DNA of 64,000 nt, taken from assembly GCF_009834535.1 (NCBI RefSeq), contig NC_045696.1:5644001-5708000 (forward strand). The letters are read 5' to 3'. Positions 37,436 through 50,215 of the stretch are shown here, piece by piece. The notes beneath the pieces are model-generated. The model was not told the DNA's origin. It made no database searches and saw only the letters and a program-made list of their open reading frames with translations. Source of the DNA: Camelus ferus (lineage: Eukaryota). Each line of letters starts with the position of its first letter. Within the stretch, counting starts at the first letter, position 1. The translations under genes were made by a program, and so were the position numbers.

Positions 37436-40400
37436 GTGAGCGCCGGCCGCGGCCCGCACACGCCCCCTCCGCCGCCCGGGCCGGCCGCAGCGCCCCGCGA
37501 GGCCCAGGTCCCGGCCCCCGCCGCGCCATCGACGGGGCTGGGCTCCGGAGGCTCCCTGGCCCTGCGGCGGGCGGGTGGGCGGGCGCGCGGCGGCCCCGGG
37601 CGCGCCGTTCTGGAACGTTCGGCGGCCCGAGGAGCAGGGTGGGAGATTCGAACGCGGCGGCGGGAAGCCGCTGACGTCACGCGGCCGGGCATTGTTCTCG
37701 CGGGCGGGCGCGGGGCGCGGGCACTTTTGTTTGCGGGCTGCGCCCACTCGCCGTCTGCTTTTCCCGCAGGTCAGTTCCGCCGAAGGGGCGGCGAAGGAGG
37801 AGGTAAGTGCCCCGCTTCTCTCCCGGGGGTGGGTTCGGTTTGCACTGCATCCCTCATTCCTCGCTCATTTTCCTTTTTTTCCCCTAAAGCCCAAGAGGAG
37901 ATCGGCGAGGTTGTCAGCTGTAAGTAAGGCGAGCCCCATAACCTTTCCTTTCCGTGGGATCTTACGCGAGGGGAAACTCAAGTGTTACCTTTGCCTTTCA
38001 GAAACCTGCTCCTGCAAAAGTGGAAACGAAGCCAAAAAAGGCGGCAGGAAAGGTAGGTTTCAAACTTACCTTCAGAGACCGCGGTGTCTTGGAAATGCTG
38101 CAGTGCTACCTAAGGCGCCCCACCGGCGAGCAAGATCTTGACTTTTGAGTGTCTCAAAATAATTTGCAGTTAAATGCCCTCGTCTCCCGGAAAGTCGAAG
38201 AAGTACTTATTTACCTACTTTTGTTCTGTGGTTTAATAACTTAAGTAAACAGTGTCTTTTCCTAGTCTGGGTGAAATACAGTGGATGTAGTCATCCTGGT
38301 TTATGGGAATATAATGTATCCCTTTAATACTGTTGTAGAATTTAGGAATAAACTTAAGACGGGTGAAAATACTAAATAATAGTTTTCGCTCACCAGGGAA
38401 ATCCATTGTTTGTGTTGTGTACGTTATGGTTAGTGCTCCTCTGTTGGTTACATGCTTGTACTTCCTCTTTTGACAACAGCAAAGCTAGGACTGAGGCCAG
38501 GAGAAGGGGAGTATGTAAGTTTTGCATGTAAGTTTCGCAAGGCAAGGTAGGGGATCATGTGTACGGGGGTAGATAAAGAGTTGTGTTCCCTGGGAACAGG
38601 ACTACCAGTATTCTAAAAGTATTTTATATACAGTTGTATGTATAGGAGTTCACTAAATTATTTTACCATAACAGGCTTTGAGTTAATTGTAGGTAGCATG
38701 ATGGCTATTGCTCTAAAATAGATTCATGATGGCATTATTCACATTGCCGGTCTTTGGAATGAAGTTGTGCTTGGATATATGACGTTAAAACTTAAGTTGG
38801 AAGGGCAAAATACGTGTGTATTATTTGTTACTTTGTTTTTGGATATAGCATGGGAACCATCCTTTGTGAAGCTCTCATGTTCATTGTGGGGAGTTCATGG
38901 TGTGGTTAATTTCTGTTAACTCAGAGCTTAAGTGAGAGTTTGCTGTTAGACGTCTCCTCAAATAATCCTTAGCCTGATTACTCCTTTCTGAAAAGTGTAG
39001 GTGGAAGCTCAATCAAAAGTTTCCGCCCCCTTTTTTTTTTTGTTTAAACGTTTTAAAGAGCTGAGGGTAAAAATCTTTTTTCCAGTAGAAAGTTGTGTTT
39101 TGTGATTTCTTTTTCTAACAGATCAAGGAAGGTATAGGTGTATGTAGTATAGAACTTCTCACACTAGGAAATAATGTAATCTGTACGAAAAATGAAGAGT
39201 ACCCCAGAAACTTAACGGAGGGGAAAATAGTGGATCTTGTTGCAAGATGTCTGAGTGAACACCGTACTATTACACATCTTTTATTATTTGCCTTTTTTAA
39301 TAAATCAGTTGGCTGAAATACTATGCCTATTTTCTCAGATTTTTTTCTTCCTATTTTCATTTACCTCTGTCTATATTTTGATCTGCTCTAAAAAAATTTT
39401 TTTTAATGAAACCAGTTCAGATTTTTAACTCCAGCTGAGTCTGGGACATCAGATGTAATCAACATTTTCTTTCACTCAGTGAGAGGCCAACAGGTAAGTC
39501 TTCAGTGTTCCTTGAGAAACAAACCTGTCAGTTCAGTTTTCCCAAAGGAAACATGATAGGGAAAGGGAGGAGCTATTTTTTTCCCCTTTAGTTTCTGTAA
39601 TCTTTGTCTTTGTAATTGATTCATTTTAAAGGCTTAAACAAAGGTAAAGCTTTTGATGTATTGATTACTATACTACAGACGTTGATTTATCTCGCTTTCC
39701 AGCTATTAATAGTTAAAAGTCATGTTATTTCAGTCCAGGATATTGCATATTTTGTTTTCACTTTTAAGATTTTACATTTTTATGTTACTGAGATAATGGT
39801 TACGAAATTAATGAGAAGTCTAAAGAAATCAGATTATAAATGGATCATTTTAAAGTACAGAAGCATTTGTGACACTTCATGGTAGCCATGTATGTAACAG
39901 TGTTGTCCCAACTATGTTTGTTTACATAAGGCGTTATTTATCTTAAAGATAATGAGTTTAGCGATAGTCCTCGTGCTGTCTTTATGTGTGAAATGCGTTG
40001 GTGCAGAATACATTGCACTGATTGTTCCCCCTCAGCATTGGAGGTGTGAGATCTCCTTGCGTGTGTTTGTGGCTGTTTAACTCAAGTATTGTTCTTACAC
40101 AACTCACTGGTGGCCTTATTTCGACTGTTTTACTACGTTATCTATTTACAGGAAATAAACATTTGTTCAGTTTCTCTTTCCCCATTAATGTATGGTTTAC
40201 AGAAATACTGTTTTATATCACATTAAAGTGCATTAACTTTTGAACCTCTTTTTATCATCGTACTAATACCTGTGCTTTTCAGATTCTTCAAACACCTAAA
40301 TGAAAACGATAAACTCAAAATTGAGCCTTTTAGCTACTCATTATATGATATCAAGGGATTAACTGTAGCAGGATAGTCACCCTGACCTTACAACATGGTG

Positions 40401-42609
40401 CTTTTTTCAGGTGAATGGTCTTACTGTGAGGGTAAGCGTCTCGTCAGGACAGTGGTTATTTGACAATTTGATTATTATTTGGGCTCAAAAGAAGCTTAGG
40501 GGTGGGTAGGGTTTCAGTGGGGAAGAGATTCCTCCAGTGATTCTCCACCTCATTTGTTCTGTCCTGTGGAACCTCAGAGACTAGTGGGTGGTAGAGAAAG
40601 CAGAGAAGTAGTATTGCAGCTCAGGCTTCGGGTTTAATCGTAAGTCTGGTGAGGCTCGGTGTGCGGGCTCTGGTAGGGTTCTCCTTGGCAAACGTCGTCC
40701 TGATGACTGGGGGGGGGACCTTAAGGTGTGTCGTGTAATTCAGGCTGACCTAGGGTTAACATCGCAACTGTTGTGGATACATCTCTCTAGCAAGTCAGAA
40801 AATGTTAGTACGTGTAACATTGATACTTAAAATATAAACTCTTATTCTGTCATAGGATAAATCTTCAGACAAAAAAGTGCAAGCAAAAGGGAAAAGGGGA
40901 GCCAAGGGAAAACAGGCCGAGGTGGCTAACCAAGAGACTAGAGAAGATGTGCCTGCAGAAAACGGAGAAACTAAAAATGAGGAGGTCAGGAGTGTGTGTG
41001 TTTGTGTTACTAACCTTGGCTCAGAAGAGTGGGTAATAAATTGTATATTTTTATGTAGCAGACAAGGCAGTGTTTATCCTTTATAATGTTGAACATTTTT
41101 CTGGATAGTAACCCCAAGTGAGTGGACAGATGATTTTTTATGAGTTCATACTTGAAAATATATATATGTAAATGTCTTTTTTAAGCATCTACATTGTACA
41201 CAGCATTTATTAATTTAATTCCTGGTGTGTATTTTACTAAATGGTATAACACATTTTTGTTTTTTTACATGACCTCAGGGTTTTGTTAAATATTCTAGTC
41301 TTTTTTTTTTTTTTTTTTTTTTCAAATTGCCATCTATAGAACTATTACTCTTGTTTGGTTTTTATATTCTGGATATTGCTTTTAAAAAATTTTGTAATCC
41401 ATTTCCTTCATTTTCCATGTTTTTCCCCCTTTCATTTCTAATGAAGGTTTATTTTTCTTAGAAGTAGCCACTTAAGTAGGACTAAATAGTAACTAAGATC
41501 AAACAAAAAGATTGATGTCCTCAATCTTTATCCTTTTAAGCTATGAGAAAAAGAGGTCTTGTCTTAAAAAATAAGTCGTTTGCAAGGCTGCAAAAGGTTA
41601 ACCTTTATGAAGCCAAGCCTTTTTTTAAAAAACCATTATATTTGCTAACCAGAAAATATAATTTAGGGTATTAACTTTTAGACTTTTATATTCATAGATC
41701 AGACTTTAAAGTAATCAACTATTTATTCCTGTGAAATTTGTAATCAGTTTACTTTTCATTTCTAGTTCTAATCACACATCAAATATGTGACATTAAGATG
41801 ACATGAACTAATCCAGCTATAAGTGGAGAATTTGGCTTCTGTTATCTTTTGTTAAACTACAGTTGATTCTCTTTATTCATGATGGCTCTGTTCTGTAAGG
41901 TTGCTCTGAATATTGGGCAGTTGCACGTAGTAGAAATACAGGGTTTGATTCCTGAAATGTTCTGATGTTCTGATCACATTCTGTCAGCAGATCAGACCAT
42001 AACCTTTTATGTGTGTTTCTGTTTAATAGAAGCTTTTGATAAGTTATGTTGAATTCAGGACCAACGGAAACAGCACTGTAACTCGTGCCTAAAAGAAGCT
42101 GTCCAACATTTATTTTCTCCACGCAGCACAGCACAGCTTTCTTGCATGTAGCAGTGCTAGACAGCACTACACTTGTCCACATTGTCAACCAAAAGCACAA
42201 AAACTGAAATGTGTGGCACTAAATAGTGCACAGGACACTTGTTTACAGCATTACAGCTGAAACAAGAAAGCAGAACAACCTCCGCTGGGAATGTACGTGT
42301 CAGGTGACTCACATTTTCTGCTGCCTGGTATCTGCACATGACCGTGGAAGTGTCATGAATATGGATTTAGGGGTTACAAATAAACGTTAGTGAGTAGGCG
42401 AATTTACAAGTGCAGGATCTACAAATAATGAGGATTGAATGTATTTCTAAGACAATAGTTACACTAAGTAAAACTTAACATTGTATTAAATGCTAAAATC
42501 CCTAACATAGCAATGATACAGAAGTCAAATGTTTGATCACTATTTCTCCTTTGATTTGCAGAGCCCAGCCTCTGATGAAGCAGGAGAGAAAGAAGCCAAG
42601 TCTGATTAA
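37421..42609 (+). CDS. HMGN1: HMGN1 (HMG-14) nucleosome-binding protein; join(37421..37435,37770..37802,37890..37919,38002..38052,40856..40984,42562..42609), 306 nt = 101 aa + stop
   Basis: MPKRK|VSSAEGAAKEE|PKRRSARLSA|KPAPAKVETKPKKAAGK|DKSSDKKVQAKGKRGAKGKQAEVANQETREDVPAENGETKNEE|SPASDEAGEKEAKSD*; contains the HMGN RRSARLSA core; all introns GT-AG, phase 0. Confidence 0.98.
37770..37802 (+). CDS. HMGN1: HMGN1 exon 2
   Basis: cgcag|GTC...GAG|gtaagt. Confidence 0.95.
37890..37919 (+). CDS. HMGN1: HMGN1 exon 3 (PKRRSARLSA)
   Basis: taaag|CCC...GCT|gtaagt. Confidence 0.95.
38002..38052 (+). CDS. HMGN1: HMGN1 exon 4
   Basis: tttcag|AAA...AAG|gtaggt. Confidence 0.95.
40856..40984 (+). CDS. HMGN1: HMGN1 exon 5
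   Basis: catag|GAT...GAG|gtcagg. Confidence 0.95.
41860..42441 (-). mobile_element. MER82-like (TcMar-Tigger) DNA transposon in HMGN1 intron 5
   Basis: Imperfect TIRs cagttgattctctttatt / aataatgaggattgaatg flanked by TA on both sides. Confidence 0.75.
42562..42609 (+). CDS. HMGN1: HMGN1 exon 6 coding part with TAA stop
   Basis: ttgcag|AGC CCA...GAT TAA. Confidence 0.95.
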   Translation, partial: SPASDEAGEKEAKSD

Positions 42610-43396
42610 TAGCATACACCTGGTCTTATCAGTGGTCCCTGTCTCCCTTCTTGTACAATCCAGAGGAATATTTTTATCAACTATTTTGTAAATGCAAGTT
42701 TTTTAGTAGCTCTAGAAACATTTTTAAGAAGGAGGGAATCCCACCTCATCCCATTTTTTAAGTGTAAATGCTTTTTTTTAAGAGGTGAAATCATTTGCTG
42801 GTTGTTTATTTTTTGATACAACCAGAAAATAGTGGGATATTGAATATGGGAGGCTTTGATTGTCTTCAGTGTCAGCTTAACATTCCATAGATGGGGGGTA
42901 GTTTTTATATCCTATAATACAGAGAGCATAATTAAATCGCAATTTGGAGTCAGTTGTGCATTTAATGTCTTGAACACTTTAAATTACTTCTCTTCCCATG
43001 TTGTTTTTGGTAGAATTGTTTCCTAAAGCAAACCACTCCTTGATCTTGGCTCTCCTCGTCGGAATTTTGTGCACTCTGTAACATCTTTGGTCGTGGTAGT
43101 CCAGTTTCCTAGTAACTTTGTTAATGTGCTGTGAACGATTGAAAATTTGAGTGTGTAGTGTATATGATATTAAATTGTGAATTGGTGGGACTTACGATGT
43201 AACAGCATATCAACATTGGATGATACTGGTACTTGATATCCTGTTAAGGAAAATTTGTTTCCAAATTTTCAGCTGGAAAGTCACTGGAATAACTGTTTGG
43301 AAAAGAATCACAACTACATGATTATTTTAGATTTTTGGTATGTGTGTTAAGAATTGTGTACAAATTGAAATGTCTGTACTGATCTTCAAAACAACC

Positions 43397-43402
43397 AATA
43401 AA
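43397..43402 (+). terminator. HMGN1 polyadenylation signal AATAAA
   Basis: Canonical hexamer ~790 nt after the stop, at the end of an AT-rich 3'UTR. Confidence 0.75.
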
Positions 43403-46400
43403 ATCTCAGTTGTGAAAGAATTTCTTGAAGCACATGAATTAAGTTCTGGTGTAAATTTTATTTTAAAGAATTTCCACATTTGTTTTTCCCCAAAATTTTG
43501 GAAGAGTGACATACTCATTTTTCTACAATACTTCTACAGTGTACTTTGAAGATGTTTGTGGGACTAACCTGTTTTAATGGGAAATCAATTCAGTGTCCTC
43601 TAAAGCAAAGTTACGTAATTATTCATTCTCCATATGAGGTGAGTTTATAAATACTGAGTAAGCTAGAACTAGACCTGCTGGGGTTGTATTTGCATACTGT
43701 TTTTTTGAGACTTGTTTTTGTGTGTGTTACACTTCCCTTTTGCCACCTAAGTAGTCTTTAGAGATGGTGGTGGACACCTGATTTGGCAAATGGAGAAATG
43801 GGCCAGAGGTGGCAGCTTACCTCGGTTACCGCTAAAGAGGGGAGGCCTTGGAACAAAGTTCAGATGTCTACCCTGGAAGTAATTGGCATGTACAAAGATG
43901 AGTCCTAGGGGGTCATAGAACTCTGCAAGGACGGTGAGCCACTGCAGTGACCGAGGCGAGCAGAGTAACGGGAAGCGTGGCATCTGAAACGTGACACTGC
44001 AGAAAAAAATGCGAAGATGTTCATTTGGATTGAACTGACACCCAGAGGGAGGCTTCGGCAACCCTTGGGGAATAGGGAAGTGCTGGGTGGTCATGAGGCT
44101 GTAGAGGGCCTGAAACTGATACACAGATTTTCCTTTAGTTTCTAAGTTTTGGAGGAATAGGTCAGTGAATATGAAAATTTAAACACGGATCTGGAGTATT
44201 TGCTGTGTGTTTGGATACTTCATGCAATTTTTTGGTACCAGGATTTCTAGCAATTATTTGTAGCAGTTAAAAGTATGCCCCCCCCCACCCACAAAAAAAA
44301 AAATGGGTAAAAAATAATGAATTTTAAACCTTGTAACCCAACTGGCAGTGTGTGCGCTGCCCAAGCATCCCACCACTAGGTTTGTGAGGAGTGTTTACAG
44401 TCACAAAGATTATCTTATTCTGAGCTTACTGCTAGCAGTACGTTTAAAGAGATTTATTAAATTTTTTCTTAAAAAATAGCACAACAGGGATTTTTGACTT
44501 TTAGATTGATACCTAAAAGATTCCTTTTTTTTTTTTTTTGTAGAAAATTGGAATGACGTACTTGCCTTAAGCATTATCCTTTTATAATAAAATGAACCTT
44601 CAACTGGATGTTCTCAGCTGTCAGAAAACAATTACTTCTTTTAAAAAGTCAACGATGTTGAGGCATCTTTTCTGGGATCAGTACTTAGAAAAAGTTAATC
44701 TTCTGCCTTTTCAACAACTAGTTCTGAACAATGAGAGCTGTGTTAGAAACGGTCAAGTAGGTACCAGACATCCTGGAGGGACAAGGAACATAACTGTTTA
44801 GTAATGATGCTAACAAATCAGACAATCTCATTAGTTAACTAGAAAAACCAGTTAGCAAGAACCCTGCATTCTCTCGGCTTGTCAGAGGTTGAATTTGACC
44901 TTTTAATTGCGGATTAATCACAAGACGTAAGGCACAGAACCTGGTACCTGATTCAGAGATACCTGATGATCGTGGAACCCCAGAGAAGAGAAGAGATTGT
45001 TGTAGGAGTGTAGGGGAAGTGTGTAGAAGTGTGGGGACGCGGACAGGAATTCGGGGCATTAGGCAAGTGCAGGGAGGAGAAATTGTGTGTGTAATATTAG
45101 TACAGGAGCCATTCATACTGGGGGATTAACTCGAACACAAAAAAGCTAAAAACATCCAAAATTATAATTCACTCACTAGACTACTAATTAAGATGCTTTT
45201 TTCTCAGATTCTTTTCTATGCTTGTATGAATTTATGAAATTGGTGTCATATATTTTATTTTGTAATCTTTCTCAACTGTGAACTTTCCCCTAGGTCAATG
45301 AGTATACTTCCATTTGTAAGCACTGCACAGTATTTTATTTCAAGAACATAATTTGTCAGATGTTTAGACATTTTTTCCCATTATAACAAGCACTGTGAAA
45401 CTAAAATATGGGATATTTCTATTAATTCTTATGGACACATTCCATATATTATCTGCCTATGACAATCCACAGTTGTTCCATGAGTGTGCAGTAAAAATAC
45501 TTAATTGCAAGACAGTTCAGAATTTCAAAACATTAAGCTTAAGTAGGTGATGAAAAAAATATATATACGGAAAAAATTAAAAAATAAAAACATATAAAGT
45601 GGTTGATGAAGAGTCTTAAAGATAATGGGTTGCAGCTCGGTAACAAATTGGTTTTCAGATCATGAATGTTTAGGTTTATGTTTTTTAAAAACCTGAAAAA
45701 TAAATGTAAAGTGAAATCATTTAATCCCAGGAGCTAAAATTAATAATTTTAAACATGTTCATTTTTTTCATACACATTTGCAGTTTTCTTTATTTGTAAA
45801 ATATTTTAATGTTTGCTTAATAGTTTATTGTGTGACTATGCCATGATTTGGCAGTTTGGGTTTTTTCCCTCTGAGTTAGGGGTAATTTTACCCACATTCA
45901 GAAGCAGTACAGTATACTAAACCCCCATGTTCCAGTCAACCAGTCCCCAGAGCCATCAAACCATTGCCAATCTAGCCCATCCTTATCATTTTGAAGCAAA
46001 TGAAAATGCATATTTTAAAAATAATACCTGTAAATAGGAAATTAAAACTGAACAGAATCACAGGAAACGAATGTCTACTTTGGTAAAAAAATTGTTAATT
46101 TATCTTTGAAGTTGTACATGTTTTGTCAGGGTTAGATTTAGATTCAATTTAACAAGAAGCTGCTATTTTTCCCAAAAAATCCAATGTGGTCAGTTCCACT
46201 TTTAGAATCAGTGTGTTACCTTCCAGATGCTGATTCCACATCCATTTAAAGAAAGTAAACGAGTATTTTGAAATTTTCAAGGGCATGGAAATGTACCATG
46301 TCATTAGAAAGTTATTGGGGAGAAGGAACCCCAGCTCAAGGATGCTAGGGACAGTCTCCACGTGGGGCACATGCAGATCTGATCAAGGATGGTTACCGCG

Positions 46401-47394
46401 GCTCCACTGCCATCTTGCTTGTAGATGACATGACCCCGCAATGGAAGGGGCACAAGACTGGTAACAGGGCTTAACTGAGGGGTAATCATGCCTTTCTCAG
46501 GGGTGCAAGGAGCTAAAGCAGTCCCTGCACACAGCGCCCAGTAAGGTGTCTGATACTATTCCTCCGTGATTTTCAGAGCGTGCGGTAACTAGATTCCTGG
46601 TGGGCCTGTCCCCTTTTACAACGATATATGTTGTTGAGAAAAGCCTTAGAAAATACATTTGATTTAACCGGCGTCAAGTTGAGCATGATAAACGAGAAAG
46701 CTTGCTCATAAGATCTGGCTGCAGTATCTTACTAGAATACAGCATTTGTTAAGTCTTTCAGCGTTTCCTTACATCCTTATTACTGTTGCGTTTTAGGTTT
46801 AATTCATAACTGCAAATTATGTTAATATTACATTTTATCTCTGAAAGCACTTTAGAAAATTCAAGTTGAAAAATGTATGAAAACTAATGATATATTCAAG
46901 TTATGTATGAAAATTTCTGAGCTAATCTGTTACGCATGATTCATAGAGAAGAAAAGCTGAAAACCTTGCATGCTTCGATGTGTCTGTCTAAGGAAGTGGC
47001 TGCATATTAAAATGTGCAAGATTATAATTTCCACCAGTGCTGATTGGGTTTTTCCCAAGAAATGTATTTAAAGGCAGTCTTAACTACTGCAGCATGTCTT
47101 CTCGCTTTCTGCTTCACTTCTTATTTCATTTATCTTTGAAGTCAAAGTGAACTAAATATTAAATACAACTATTTAACTGAACTAATATGAATGAAGTGAT
47201 TTTTTAGATATCAGGATACACAGAGCCTGGATACTTAGCAAGGGAGCACACCGCTTTTCTGAACTTCTGGACTCAGAATGGGTCTTGGTCAGCATCAAAA
47301 ATGAGCATTTTTCTCTACAAAGACTTGACCGGAGGACATAAGAGATCTGAATAAATGAGGAACATGATGTTCCTAAGAAGAGTCCATTTTTTTT

Positions 47395-47505
47395 GGAGAG
47401 GGCAGGTAGTTAGGATTTTGTTTTTTAATGGAGGTACTGGGAATGGAACCCAGGATCTCATGCATGCTAAGCACACACTCTACCACTGAGCTGTCCCCCT
47501 GCCCC
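47395..47505 (-). mobile_element. tRNA-derived SINE (Vic-1-like)
   Basis: Same family. Confidence 0.85.
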
Positions 47506-48384
47506 ACCTATGCTGTCTCTTCTTTGACTGAAGATAGGGTTATGTCACGATAAACCCATTGTAAGTTGAAAATATCAAAAAATCTCCAGCTACTCGATGT
47601 TGGGGAGGTATTTTTGAATGGGGGTTCTTTTTTATTTAATTCGTGACTGCTTTGGGGGCTATTTGCCAATTTATCCCCAGCTCTGCCAGGAAGACCTGGA
47701 AATAAAATAATGAGTGACCCTATGTCTTTCCTCAAATGGCATGAAAAGTGATTTATCAGTGGGGGGTTCCCTGGTAAAACTGGTGCAGGATGGGGGAGGC
47801 AGTCTGTGCACTCATGCAACATGGAGCTGTGAGGGTGACCCCCTGTGCCCGCCAAGGCTGTGAGATTCTTCAGTGAGCAGGCAAGCTCCCAGTCCTCTTC
47901 AGCTTACACCTGACTGAGAAGACCAGCAGGAGACAAATTAAAACTATGTACATGAGATAATTTCAGGAAGCCATGTTATGAAGACAACAAAAAGAGGGTA
48001 AGAAACTAGAAAATGGAGTGATGTTATTTAGCATAGTGTGTTTAGGGAAAATTGCTCGGGGACGATGTCATCTCTGAAGAGATACAAATAGAGGAAAGGA
48101 TCCCCCCATGTGAAGGTCTGCAGGTTGAGCATTCTGATCAGAAGAAACAGCAAGAATAGCAAATGCAAAGGCCCTGAGGTAGACATGAGCTGGGTTTAAT
48201 GAAGGAAGTAAAGGCAGGCTGAAGCAGGGTTAGGAAGAGCAGGAGGGGCTGGGAAAAATAGGTACGTAGGAGACAGATCACAAAAGACGATTTGGGTTTT
48301 ATTGTGGGTACAGTGGGAAAGCGTTGTGAACAAGGAATCAACCAGTGTGCTCTGGCTGACAGTTCTGAAAGCTACCTCTGGCTA

Positions 48385-48787
48385 CTGGAACCTGGTGCCT
48401 TAAAACAACACAAGTTTATCATCTTACAGTTCTGGAGGACAGAAGTCTGAGCCGTGTCTCACGGGGCTAAAACCAAGGTGTCAGCAGGACTACGTTCCTT
48501 CTGGAGACTCTAGGGGAGGCTCTGTTTCCTCGACTTTTCCAGCTTCTGGGGGTCGCCTGCCTTCCTCGGCTTGTGTACCACCCCCTCCAACAAGTGCATC
48601 ACCTTGTGCACTGTTTCTGTTGTCACATCGCTTTCTCCACCTCTGACCCTCCTGCCTCCTGAATTTCCCCGTCTCAAGTCCTTAATCCCACCTGCAAATC
48701 CATTTTGTCGTGTAAGGATAACAAAGTCACAGATTCCAGGGATCTGGATGTGGACTCCTTCGTGGGCCGTCATCTGCCAATGACACA
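48385..48787 (-). mobile_element. MLT1 MaLR LTR
   Basis: ttaaaacaacacaagtttatcatcttacagttctggagg...ccttaatcccacctgcaaa. Confidence 0.75.
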
Positions 48788-49247
48788 GAACAAAAGCGGA
48801 AGCGAGGCCATGCAGGAGGCCGAGAGGGGTGATGGTTTGCACCTTGGAGAGCGCAGTGAAGGCGGGCGGCGGGAGGCTCAGATTCGGGTGCTTTGATGGG
48901 TCTCCCTCTCAGGGCACCTTTCCTCTGGCATTTCTTTAGTCTACATGTTTAGCAGGGGGTAGGCCTGGAGTTTTAGCCCCAGTAGACAAAGGGCTCTGGT
49001 TGACAGCTTCAGTTCTTGCCAGGTCCAGTTAACCAATGCATCTTCTAGCAGAAAAGGTAAAGAGGATGAAACTTTGTTTCAAGAAAGTTATAAGGCGGTA
49101 GACAGTAACAGTCTACTCTCAAACAACAGAACTGAAAATTGTCTTCACTGCAGTATTTAAAGACCCTGCCCCTAAAAGGATTCAAGGGGGACAGGGTAAA
49201 TTGTGCAACAAGTCTTCCTTTATCTGGAGATTCACATATGCAGATAT

Positions 49248-49384
49248 ACTTCTATAATTTTTTTTTTTTGGCAGGGGGTGTGATTAGGTTTATTTATTTA
49301 TTTTTAATAGAGGTACTGGGGATTGAACCCAGGACCTCGTGCATGCCAAGCACACACTCTACCTCTGAGCTATACCCTCCCCTG
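49248..49384 (-). mobile_element. tRNA-derived SINE (Vic-1-like) with a perfect 14-bp TSD
   Basis: acatatgcagatat at 49234-49247 and 49385-49398. Confidence 0.9.
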
Positions 49385-49884
49385 ACATATGCAGATATTT
49401 TAATATTATTTTGAAGGAAACAAAATACAGAGTCTTCTCTCCTCACCAGGTTTGCCCTGGTGACCTCATTCTTGTTTCTAGGTCTTTCCTCAGGCTTTTT
49501 CTCCCACCAGGAAAGCACTTGATTTGCTCGGTCTGAATTCTACTCTTCGTGTAAAATCACCCCCACCCCAGGAAGCCTCCTTAGATTTTTGCGGTCCACA
49601 TCAAGGGCTATCTTCTTTGAACTCTTACGTTTAGTCACCAATGACAGTATAAAGGCTCCCATTCGTTGTTCACCTGCCGTGTCTTTAATATACTCTAAGT
49701 GTACTGCCTGATGTGGTTCTCACAAAACCCTGCAAAAGAAGAACCATGTCTGCATAGCAGCTGAGAAAACCGTAGCCGGTACAGATTAAACTCGGTAGGG
49801 AGCTGGATGGCTAGGATTTCTTTTTCTGATTTTTTATTCTATTCTTTTATTTATTTTATTCTATTAATTAATCAATTAATTTTA

Positions 49885-50215
49885 AAATTGAAGTATAGTT
49901 GATTTCCAATATTGTGTTAGCCTCTAATGTACAGCACAGGGATTCTGTTACACCTATACATACACGTTCTTTTTCAGATTCTTTTCCATTATAGGTTATT
50001 ACAAGCTACTGAATATAGGTCCCTGTGCTGTACAGTAGGACCTTGTTGTTTATCTATTTTGTATATAGTAGTGTGTATCTGCTAAACCCAACTTCCTGAT
50101 TTATCCCTCCCCCACCCCTCTCCCCTTTGATAACCATAAATTTGTTTTCTATGTCTGTGAATCTGTTTCTGTTTTGTAAATAAGATCATTTGTGTCCTTT
50201 CTTTAGATTCCACTG
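49885..50215 (-). mobile_element. L1 3' end
   Basis: attgaagtatagttgatt...ccctgtgctgtacagtaggaccttgttg. Confidence 0.8.

Larger units (their letters stand above)
36550..37900 (+). promoter_or_regulatory. HMGN1 CpG-island promoter: GC boxes, CCAAT boxes (37170, 37263), upstream NRF1-type motifs (36617, 36681), CRE TGACGTCA in intron 1 (37672-37679)
   Basis: Very high GC/CpG content; motifs read directly. Confidence 0.85.

Noticed and set aside
36925..38141. Overlapping long ORFs (130-256 aa) on both strands
   Set aside because: Low-complexity G/P/A/R translations caused by stop-codon scarcity in the HMGN1 CpG island; only the short exons are supported
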